IMG/VR virus record: IMGVR_UViG_3300025930_000007
Location: 202,491-266,490 of that record
Strand: one strand, 5' to 3'
DNA: 64,000 nt
Under the pieces are notes generated by a model, which was not told the origin of the DNA, searched no databases, and worked only from the letters and a program-made list of their open reading frames with translations. Below, piece by piece: positions 44,944-52,826 of the stretch (within the stretch, counting starts at the first letter, position 1; each line of letters opens with the position of its first letter). The translations under genes and the position numbers were made by a program.

Positions 44944-45720
44944 CTACTTATCGAGCACTACCATGACCGTGTTCACGCCCGTGCCGCTCTCTTCAAAGCT
45001 TCCCTCAGGAAGAGGCTCAATATGGCCGTGCTCCGCCACCAGATTCTGAAAGGCTACAGCTTTCTTATTGGTCCTATAGTCAGTCCCACCGGACATGATG
45101 GCGACCAGGCGTCCACCTGGCTTCAAGAACTTCCAGGCATGAAGGACATGGTCGATGTCCTGCTGTTTTGAGAATGGAGGATTCATCAGGATGCGGTCGT
45201 AGAGTGGCTTCTTCTTCCGATACTTCATGAAGTCCTTGCCGACGAGCTTGTAGCCTTTCTCCTTGAGGACTTGGCGATTGGATGGCTCGATCTCGATCAC
45301 GTGGATGGACGAGATCGGCACATGCGCCCGGATCACGTCCGCAATGGCACCGTGCCCTGCGGAGGGCTCAAGGACCAAGGAGTCCATGTTGGAGACGTGA
45401 TCCCCGAAGATCACCGCCCGATCCATCATGAGATTCGCCACCGCATCGGGCGTCTCAAAGAATTCGAAGGTCTTCTTGACGTCGACGGCTTCGCCGGCCT
45501 GCATCGCCTCCGCGATCTTCTCGCTGGGATCTCCAGGGAAGACATGGCCGCGGGCGCTGCGGTTCCATTTACCTCCCAAGACCTCGAGCGCTTTGTTCAG
45601 GCGAACGTAGGTATCCCGATCAAGCTGTTGAGTGATGTAGGCGACATTGCCCTCGATCCTCAGGTTCATGAGCAGGTTCTTGATATCGTCATCGATGTGG
45701 ACGACTTTCTTTTTGATCAT
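44944..45720 (-). CDS. N6-adenine DNA methyltransferase
   Basis: FFETP, LEPSAGHG, MNPPF, F.ESGT.V. Confidence 0.85.
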   Translation of the reverse strand: MIKKKVVHIDDDIKNLLMNLRIEGNVAYITQQLDRDTYVRLNKALEVLGGKWNRSARGHVFPGDPSEKIAEAMQAGEAVDVKKTFEFFETPDAVANLMMDRAVIFGDHVSNMDSLVLEPSAGHGAIADVIRAHVPISSIHVIEIEPSNRQVLKEKGYKLVGKDFMKYRKKKPLYDRILMNPPFSKQQDIDHVLHAWKFLKPGGRLVAIMSGGTDYRTNKKAVAFQNLVAEHGHIEPLPEGSFEESGTGVNTVMVVLDK

Positions 45721-45920
45721 GCAATCCTCAGATGACTCTCTTGAGACCCCCGGTTCGATGACGCACCACCGTCCCATCTCTCGGACGTTGCTGGGTCGGC
45801 CTCCAGGCTTTGAATTTATTCACGTAGGCCGGGACCACCTCAGCATGCCCGTTGTCCCATCGCGACCAGTAGTAATAGCATCTGAGCCAGGGATCCCAGT
45901 GCTTGGTATTCTCGTGCATC

Positions 45921-46619
45921 CTAGGCCTTTACGGCATCCTTCCAAGCCTTTTCCGTAAGAGGAAGCGCCGTGGCCCCATGCGATGCGGCGATCTGATGGA
46001 AGAGGCCGAAGATCTGCTGATGAGCGACTTCCTTCTGCTCCTCGGGAACCTTGATTGTCAGGGCATCTGGGATGATCGTGACGAGAGCCCGGTCCGTCTG
46101 GGAAGTCCGGCAACTCAGGCACATGTTCTCGTTCTTCTTCCCGAACTCAGCCATCTTCCGCATGAACTGGAAGGTATTGCGGAATCCCTCGGAGAGGGCA
46201 TTCACGCATTCCACGCAAGCCCCATCCTTGTCCAGAGGACAGGTGCATTTTGGCGCTTCGACCGTCTCAGGAGCCTTGGTCGGCTGTGCCTGCATTTCCT
46301 GCCGCTGTTTGGCCAGCTTGTTGGGAGCATCCTTGATGTGGACTTCGAAACGGAGAAGAGCATCAGCTCCGAGCTTGCGCGTCGTGGCGCCGGACAACGC
46401 CAGCGTCTTCTTGAGCCACGCTTCCGAGGCTTCCTTGCCCATGGCCTCTCTGAAGTTGGCATATGCGGATGCCAGGAGGGTCGAGATGGCCGTTTCAGCA
46501 AACTGGACGATCTCCGGCATGGTGTAGGGACGTCCGAGCTGCTCGGTCAGGAACTGATCACAGATCGCAACGTATTGCTCCCCGATCTGCGTAACTACCC
46601 GCAGGTCCGCTTCGGCCAT
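45921..46619 (-). CDS. hypothetical protein
   Basis: AAGGAG RBS; CxC..CxxC. Confidence 0.7.
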   Translation of the reverse strand: MAEADLRVVTQIGEQYVAICDQFLTEQLGRPYTMPEIVQFAETAISTLLASAYANFREAMGKEASEAWLKKTLALSGATTRKLGADALLRFEVHIKDAPNKLAKQRQEMQAQPTKAPETVEAPKCTCPLDKDGACVECVNALSEGFRNTFQFMRKMAEFGKKNENMCLSCRTSQTDRALVTIIPDALTIKVPEEQKEVAHQQIFGLFHQIAASHGATALPLTEKAWKDAVKA

Positions 46620-47071
46620 GTTCTATCTCCTTCCATTTCAAACCCCATCTCGCCCAGTGTTATCAATTCCTGAAATCCCTGTTCACCAAAGAACGCCCTC
46701 GCTCTCTCGGTGAGGGATTTCAGAATTTCATACTCTCGCTCGATATCTTCGATGTCCTGCGTCATGTCCATCATCTCGCGAGCGAAATCGTTGAACTCTG
46801 GGGCTCTGAGATAGAGGTTCATGTCGTAGACCAGCATTTCCAGACTACCTTCGATGGTCGGCCATGTCCGGACGCCGGCCCCTTGGGTATACGGCATCTT
46901 GAGAACTACTCCAGGCCGGTTCAACGTCAGGATGAAGAACTTCTGCCCTGGATGATCTCTTTTACGGCAGATCATCTCAGGATAGACCTCGAGGTAATGG
47001 AAGGAGACGTCGTATTTTCGAATGAACCGTCCTAGCGTCCCTGGAATGAAGGTGATCTTTCTATGCTTCAC
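46595..47071 (-). CDS. hypothetical protein
   Basis: Y..G.G...PT....L..L..D motif. Confidence 0.65.
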   Translation of the reverse strand: MKHRKITFIPGTLGRFIRKYDVSFHYLEVYPEMICRKRDHPGQKFFILTLNRPGVVLKMPYTQGAGVRTWPTIEGSLEMLVYDMNLYLRAPEFNDFAREMMDMTQDIEDIEREYEILKSLTERARAFFGEQGFQELITLGEMGFEMEGDRTWPKRTCG

Positions 47072-47594
47072 GGCCTAACTCCTTGAGAGTAGGCCATGAT
47101 AGATCACGAGGGGCTACGTTGACCAGAGGAAGAGGCCAGTCGATGGCGCCGACCGGGCTTATTCCACGCTCCTGGGCAGGCTTGTAATCGTTGTCCACCA
47201 GATAAAGCAGACTGGCGCCGTCGTCGAGCGCCTGGCACCCATGGGCAACGCCTCTTGGGATGAAAAGAGCATTCGCCTGAGGGTAGAGAATGACGCCATA
47301 GGATTCGCCGTAGGTCGGGCTATCGGGCCGAACGTCCACGATCGCGTCGTAGATACGCCAAGCGACCGCCATCACGATCTTGCCCTGGGCCCATGGATCC
47401 GCCTGCCAATGCATTCCTCGCACGGTTCCGGACTTCTCGTTCCGGACCATGTTGACCCGGCGGATATCGAACTCGATGCCCTGAGCGGCGAGCTTCTCCC
47501 GAACGAAAGCCTCCGCAAAGGCACCACGATTGTCTCGGAAGAGATCGAGATGGATAAGAAAAGCGCCGGCGACAGGGGTTTTTTCGACGTTCAT
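47061..47594 (-). CDS. rmlC: dTDP-4-dehydrorhamnose 3,5-epimerase
   Basis: DNRG.F.E, RGMHWQ, DVRPDSPTYG, IPRGVAHG. Confidence 0.92.
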   Translation of the reverse strand: MNVEKTPVAGAFLIHLDLFRDNRGAFAEAFVREKLAAQGIEFDIRRVNMVRNEKSGTVRGMHWQADPWAQGKIVMAVAWRIYDAIVDVRPDSPTYGESYGVILYPQANALFIPRGVAHGCQALDDGASLLYLVDNDYKPAQERGISPVGAIDWPLPLVNVAPRDLSWPTLKELGREA

Positions 47595-47628
47595 GAGAAG
47601 ATCTGAGTGATCTCCATGAACTCTCTCC

Positions 47629-47922
47629 TTATCGGTTCTTATCCGGGCCCGTCATCAGCATCAAAACGGCACCGATCACGAGGATCAATACCGCCGTGAA
47701 GAACCCCATCAGCATGATACCGGGTTTACGGCTGGATTCATAGATCCGTGTTTCCGGCTCCAGATTTTGCGGCTGAGCCCACCCTTCCTCGATCCCGATC
47801 TGGGTGCAGCGCAGGCAAAGGGGTCTGCCCGAGAGGATCCTGCAGCCGGCAGGAAAACCGATCACTTCGTCTTCGCAGTGGCCGCAGAAGTATTCGGTAC
47901 TAGTCGGATATTTGTTCGCCAT
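47629..47922 (-). CDS. Zn-finger membrane protein
   Basis: CxxC pairs + C-terminal TM. Confidence 0.6.
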   Translation of the reverse strand: MANKYPTSTEYFCGHCEDEVIGFPAGCRILSGRPLCLRCTQIGIEEGWAQPQNLEPETRIYESSRKPGIMLMGFFTAVLILVIGAVLMLMTGPDKNR

Positions 47923-48157
47923 CGTCGTTCTTCTTCCCGCGGACTGCTTTCCACGTCTCAGGCCACATGCCGTCGCCGAACTCGAAGCCGGTCTTGAGTG
48001 CGCTCCAGATGAATCCGCCGATGATGCCGATGATCCAGAAGATGCCGAGCACGAAGATGAAGAAATAGCCGAGGCCGAGTTCCTTCCGGCGATCCGTCCG
48101 CTTCGTGGGACATGACGTATCGAGATGGTCGAACTGCTCGCAATATCGGCACTTCAT
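47900..48157 (-). CDS. Zn-knuckle membrane protein
   Basis: CxxCxxxxHxxxxC + TM. Confidence 0.6.
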   Translation of the reverse strand: MKCRYCEQFDHLDTSCPTKRTDRRKELGLGYFFIFVLGIFWIIGIIGGFIWSALKTGFEFGDGMWPETWKAVRGKKNDDGEQISD

Positions 48158-48369
48158 TATTTCTTCCGGGGTCTTTTCAAAACCGCGATTTCTTCCCGCA
48201 GTTTCCGGTTCTCCTTTGACAGCCGGAAAAAGTTGTTTCTCTCCCGGGCCGCCTGATTCTTGTACCATACGAGATCCTCTCTCGCCCGCTCAAGCTTGGC
48301 CTTGCAGTTCAGGCACATGGCCACGGATACAACCGGTTCCAGGCAGTAAAAGCACGGGCCCTGAGCCAC
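48157..48369 (-). CDS. small Zn-finger/coiled-coil protein
   Basis: CxxC..CxxC. Confidence 0.55.
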   Translation of the reverse strand: MAQGPCFYCLEPVVSVAMCLNCKAKLERAREDLVWYKNQAARERNNFFRLSKENRKLREEIAVLKRPRKK

Positions 48370-48386
48370 TTTACACCATCCCGGCG

Positions 48387-48950
48387 TTAAATGTGTTCCT
48401 TACGGCGATCCCGGATGGCCTTCATGTCCTCCGCATGGGTGCATTCGCCGATACAAACCACTCCGCGGCTATCGCAGCGAGTCTTGATGATGCGCTCGCA
48501 TTCCCGGTTTTCCGAGGCAGCTCCGGCGCGCCAGGCTGCATGAAGCAGCACGAGAAGATCATCCAGAATGTCTCCGCGCTGTCCTTCCGTCGACCACTTC
48601 TCAACCACCATCGCGAGAGCCTGGTAATAGGGTTCCTTGATGCCGATCTTTTCGGCAAAGGCCTTCCAGGCTCCAGGGTTTGCTTCATGATCCAGACGCG
48701 CCGCCAGCCACGGATCGGTTGATTTCCCGTTCACATTCTCGATCAGGACGTAGTTCACATAGTCGAGAATCGGATTGACATGGCTGGGAGGCTCGTCATA
48801 ACGGATCGTTTCGCCATCTTCATCGACGATGGGGATCTCGGCCAGATAAGGCTTTCCGTCTTCCTCCATGGCCGTGACGCGCGCCCGCCATTTGTCTCCG
48901 CGGGGCTTGTAGCCCACGATCTGCCCGATCTTGAATTCCCAAGGGCTCAT
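48387..48950 (-). CDS. hypothetical protein
   Basis: GGAGG RBS; ORF in chain. Confidence 0.65.
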   Translation of the reverse strand: MSPWEFKIGQIVGYKPRGDKWRARVTAMEEDGKPYLAEIPIVDEDGETIRYDEPPSHVNPILDYVNYVLIENVNGKSTDPWLAARLDHEANPGAWKAFAEKIGIKEPYYQALAMVVEKWSTEGQRGDILDDLLVLLHAAWRAGAASENRECERIIKTRCDSRGVVCIGECTHAEDMKAIRDRRKEHI

Positions 48951-50972
48951 CTAATCCTCCAGGAGAGCCTTGCAAAGGGCCTTTGCGGTGTTGCAGGCGA
49001 CCGCATTCCCGATTTGCTTCACCTGCTGCTCGCGGGTACCCATGAACTGATAGGTCTTCGGGAAACCCATCGCGGCCGCGAGCTCATGTGGACGCAACAT
49101 CCGGAAGCGGATGTCCAGGCCGACTACTCCGACGCCAGGGATCATGAGGCCGAACCGATCTTTTGCCGTCACGGTATCCAGGGGCTCCTCGACAGAGTTC
49201 GCCTTCCCGGTACCGTTGTACTTGATGATGCAGGGCTTGGCCATCGCCCACGCATCCACCGAGGTGATCGTCGGCATCGGCTTCTTGATCGAATGAACGC
49301 GCCTGTCGTTCTTACCATGGTTGGTCGGAAGAACGAAGGCTCCATCCTTGCCGTTCTTCTTCCCCTTCTTCCCGCCGCCATGCTCCATGCTGAAGACGAA
49401 GGACTCGGGTTCCACGACTGCGAACTCATTCGATCCCGTCTGGCTCTTGAGGGGATCCTCGACGGAATGAGTGCGGCGCTCGACGCCTTCCCCATGACCT
49501 GGAGAGACGAGGAAAGCCTTGGGCTCCACGACTGCGAAGCGATCCTTGCCCATGACCGTCGCCAGAGGATCGTTCACCGAACGGCCATCCCCGAGATCCG
49601 TGCCGCCCGGGGTGATGATCAGCGCCTCGGGCTGCTCGATGGAGTCCCCGTTGCTCTTCCCATTCCCGTTTCCCTTCATCTTCACGATGAAGGCCTTGGG
49701 CTTCACCAGGCCGACTCCGCGGCTGGTGGTCGTCAAAGTCGGCACAGGATCCTTCACGCTGCGCGGCTTGTTCGAACTGTTCTGGGGAAGAATGAATCCG
49801 TCCAGTTCCGGTTCGATCAGGCCGAATTTGCCGCTGCCCGTCGCGGGGATGCTGGGAACCGGCGCATTGACGTCATGGGTCCTAGGCGCTTGGCCCTCCC
49901 TCTCATTGTAGAACGGGATCATGAAGGACTGGGGTTGAACCAAAGCCTGGGCGCCCTTCCCTGCGATCGTGGGAGCGGGCTTTTCGACGGATCGCGGCGC
50001 CCCTCCGCTTTGCTGCTGAAGAATAAAGTCACCGGGCTTCGGCTCGCAGATCGCAACGTGGTTGCCGCTCGCGCATACGGCCGGCAGCGGCCCGTTCACG
50101 GACATGGCGTCCATGTGCTGCCGCAAGATGATCAGGAACGGCTCGGCTGCGGCGCCGCAGAACTTCTTGATGCCTGCGGCGATCCTCTCGAGGGTACTCC
50201 GCTTCAGAGGATGCTTGCGGCTGAAGATCGACTGTCCTTCGATGCTCCAGTCAATGATCTTCTTCGCTGGCACCCAAGGCTTGAGGTGCTTCGCAAAGAG
50301 ATCGCTTGCCTCCGGACTTTTCGTATGACTCGGAGCAGGCCAGTGGATTTTCTTGTGAAAGGGACGCCGACAGAGCATGAAGAGGCGCTGCCTGGTCGTC
50401 GCGTCGCCGAAATCGGCGGAATTCAGGATCTTGTACTCGACCCGATAATCCATGGATTCCAGAGCACCGACGAAGGCCCGGAAGGTCTCCCCTCTCTTTG
50501 ACTTCATCGGACGCCCATCAGCGCCCAACGGCCCCCAATCTTCCAGTTCGGAAACATTCTCGATGAGGATGTTCTCCACGTAGAGTTCCTGACACCACTT
50601 CAAAATGTGCCAGGGTTGAGCCCGTGACTGATCGTTCATCGGCCGAGCACCGCGGGCTTTGGCGTGGTGCGTGCATTCCGGAGAGGCGACTAGAAGCTTG
50701 AGACGCCCCGTGGGTACAACTTTGCGGGGATCGATCTTCTCGATGGCCTCGCAATAATGGGTAGCCCAGGGATGATTCTTCTTGTGGGTTTCGACCGCGA
50801 TCGTCCAGTGGTTGACCGCGATCAGTTCGACCGGGGCCCCGAGCTCCTTGCAGGCTTCGGCTAGACCCGTGCTGGTACCGCCGGCACCGCAAAAGAGATC
50901 GACGCTCGTGACCTTTTCACGCTTGGCCTTCCCACGGAGCTTCTTCAGACGGAGTTTTTGAGCGGCAGTCAC
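48951..50972 (-). CDS. dcm: C5 DNA cytosine methyltransferase with repeat-expanded variable region
   Basis: DLFCGAGG, ASPEC, IENV, T.R.RLF, QIGNAV. Confidence 0.92.
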   Translation of the reverse strand: MTAAQKLRLKKLRGKAKREKVTSVDLFCGAGGTSTGLAEACKELGAPVELIAVNHWTIAVETHKKNHPWATHYCEAIEKIDPRKVVPTGRLKLLVASPECTHHAKARGARPMNDQSRAQPWHILKWCQELYVENILIENVSELEDWGPLGADGRPMKSKRGETFRAFVGALESMDYRVEYKILNSADFGDATTRQRLFMLCRRPFHKKIHWPAPSHTKSPEASDLFAKHLKPWVPAKKIIDWSIEGQSIFSRKHPLKRSTLERIAAGIKKFCGAAAEPFLIILRQHMDAMSVNGPLPAVCASGNHVAICEPKPGDFILQQQSGGAPRSVEKPAPTIAGKGAQALVQPQSFMIPFYNEREGQAPRTHDVNAPVPSIPATGSGKFGLIEPELDGFILPQNSSNKPRSVKDPVPTLTTTSRGVGLVKPKAFIVKMKGNGNGKSNGDSIEQPEALIITPGGTDLGDGRSVNDPLATVMGKDRFAVVEPKAFLVSPGHGEGVERRTHSVEDPLKSQTGSNEFAVVEPESFVFSMEHGGGKKGKKNGKDGAFVLPTNHGKNDRRVHSIKKPMPTITSVDAWAMAKPCIIKYNGTGKANSVEEPLDTVTAKDRFGLMIPGVGVVGLDIRFRMLRPHELAAAMGFPKTYQFMGTREQQVKQIGNAVACNTAKALCKALLED

Positions 50973-51484
50973 TGAGTAGCCCTAACCTTCATCTTCTTGG
51001 CGATCGTCCGAAGATCGTCGACGATCGGACTTGTTCCAAGAACATCTGCCAGGAGCAGCGATTCTTCAGCGTAGAGCTTGCAGAAATCCGATGGGGCGTC
51101 GGTCATCTCGAGCAGGTTGTCGATGCGATCGAGCGTCTTGATCAGCTTGACCTCTTCGGGGACCTCAGACAGATGCTTCCGATCCAAGGCCTTACGCTGA
51201 TCCCGAGGAAGTCCCGTGCCCTTGGACTTGTTCGTCATGCAGTCCACGTAGAAGGCGACCTGGGCGTTCGTCGCCTCCTCGATCTCTGCCTTGGTGATCG
51301 TGGTATCTTCCAGCACATCGTGCAGATAGGCCGCGGCCACCATCTCTTCGGTGACTACGGGCAGAATTCCTACCCGACCGGCCACCCGCGCCGGATGCGT
51401 GATGTAGGGGAATCCCGTGTACTTCCGCTTCTGCCCTTCATGTGCCCGGACTGCGAGCGCCGCCGCCTTGAGAATAATGCTCAT
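50969..51484 (-). CDS. Mesh1/SpoT-like HD-domain hydrolase
   Basis: AH.GQKRK...PYITHP, LHDVLEDT, K.LDRIDNL. Confidence 0.85.
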   Translation of the reverse strand: MSIILKAAALAVRAHEGQKRKYTGFPYITHPARVAGRVGILPVVTEEMVAAAYLHDVLEDTTITKAEIEEATNAQVAFYVDCMTNKSKGTGLPRDQRKALDRKHLSEVPEEVKLIKTLDRIDNLLEMTDAPSDFCKLYAEESLLLADVLGTSPIVDDLRTIAKKMKVRATQ

Positions 51485-51864
51485 GAGGTGATCCGTTTCT
51501 CTTTCAATTCCTTCCGTCTTCCGACTTCCTGCTCAATCTGGACGAGGCCTCCCAAGGTCTGCCGGAGCTTGATGCGGAGATCTTCGGCGGCCTTGAGCAG
51601 ATCGCGCTGCCAGACCTCCAGCGTCTCTTCCCGAACCGACTGGATCATCTCCGGCTTCCAGTGCGCGAAATACTCGATCGTCGAGAGTTCCTCGCCCAGG
51701 ATCTTGACGGCCGCGCGCACTCTGAGCGCCGTCGCCATATCTCCTCCCTTCAGCAGCATCAGCCGCTGGATCAAAATGCCCTTGCCGTCGCAGGGCTTGC
51801 AAGGCCCGCTGTTATCCGCCTTCAGGCCCCGCCCGTCGCAGTCTTTGCAGACTTTGTATCCCAC
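51481..51864 (-). CDS. CxxCxGxG Zn-finger protein
   Basis: GAGGAG RBS, GTG start; two CxxCDGxG. Confidence 0.6.
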   Translation of the reverse strand: MGYKVCKDCDGRGLKADNSGPCKPCDGKGILIQRLMLLKGGDMATALRVRAAVKILGEELSTIEYFAHWKPEMIQSVREETLEVWQRDLLKAAEDLRIKLRQTLGGLVQIEQEVGRRKELKEKRITS

Positions 51865-52094
51865 TGTTCTCCTCGGACGGCCAGATAGTTTTCCAGGTCC
51901 TGCACGAACGCGCCGGTGCGACCTCTGGGAATCTTTGGACCGGCGAGAGCATCGCCTAGGAGGCTTTCGTGAAATTTCACGGGGTCGATCACATGGGATC
52001 CTGGCGCCAGGTCGAAAGGCTCTGCTGCAGGGCCGATCTGCTTCAGTCGCCTGATCATCTCCTTCACCCGGGGATTCCATTCGGCGCCGGCCAC
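51822..52094 (-). CDS. hypothetical protein
   Basis: AGGAGG RBS. Confidence 0.65.
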   Translation of the reverse strand: MAGAEWNPRVKEMIRRLKQIGPAAEPFDLAPGSHVIDPVKFHESLLGDALAGPKIPRGRTGAFVQDLENYLAVRGEQWDTKSAKTATGGA

Positions 52095-52115
52095 TTATCT
52101 CCTCCTGTCGACGCC

Positions 52116-52144
52116 GTTATACCGGTTTACGGGTCGCCGGTCAA
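52116..52144 (-). promoter_or_regulatory. sigma70-like promoter with GTAWACCGGTAWA operator
   Basis: TTGACC-17-TATAAC; spacer ends GTAAACCGG. Confidence 0.65.
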
Positions 52145-52344
52145 TGGCCGTTTTGACACTGAGGCGCCTTGCACTCCCGGTCGTGGCGATCCTTCTGCGG
52201 GCTGTTGCCGCGCATCGACACGCTCTCGTAGTACGGGCTCTTGCAGTATGCGCAGACCTTGGGCTTCTCTTCCTTTTCCGGATGCCACTTGTGGCTGCAC
52301 CGGAGGCACTCGAACGTCGGCAGCTTCACCTTCATGGTCTCCAT
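52141..52344 (-). CDS. small Zn-ribbon protein
   Basis: CLRC.H.W...P..C..CKSPY. Confidence 0.65.
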   Translation of the reverse strand: METMKVKLPTFECLRCSHKWHPEKEEKPKVCAYCKSPYYESVSMRGNSPQKDRHDRECKAPQCQNGH

Positions 52345-52382
52345 TATATCTTCACCCTCACGATAAGTCTATACTCGGGTAG

Positions 52383-52826
52383 TTACTCTTCCGTTCCTTC
52401 CCACTGCTTCGCGAACTTCTTTGCGATGCGGCCGCGCTCGACGATGTTCGCCGTGTCGGGCAGGATCATGCGAAGGACCTTCCGCCCGCCCTCCTTTGCC
52501 CAAGCGAACATCACGTCGTACTTGTCCAGAATCTCGCCATACCGAATGCCCGGTTCGTAGCGCTTCCCTTCCTTGAGGTGTCCCACCACCGTCCAGAAGA
52601 TCCCGTGGGCGACTTCACCGGGAATGGGATAGACGATCTGGATATCCGGGTGCTTCCAGGTCTCCTCGAAACCGTGCGTATGAGCGTTGGCGCCCATCGG
52701 ACTATCGGTGTCGTCGAAGACATAATGGGCGTACCACCCATGCTTCTTCATGTTCTCGTCATGAAGTTGCTTCATGCGGCGCCGCGCGGACCTGTCCCGT
52801 TCATCCGGGCTGTCGAAGTTCATCAT
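52383..52826 (-). CDS. DUF4262-like protein
   Basis: HGW..H.V, NAHTHG...HPDIQI. Confidence 0.65.
   Translation of the reverse strand: MMNFDSPDERDRSARRRMKQLHDENMKKHGWYAHYVFDDTDSPMGANAHTHGFEETWKHPDIQIVYPIPGEVAHGIFWTVVGHLKEGKRYEPGIRYGEILDKYDVMFAWAKEGGRKVLRMILPDTANIVERGRIAKKFAKQWEGTEE

Noticed and set aside
48780-50501. 573-aa + strand ORF
   Set aside because: Antisense shadow of the C5 methyltransferase
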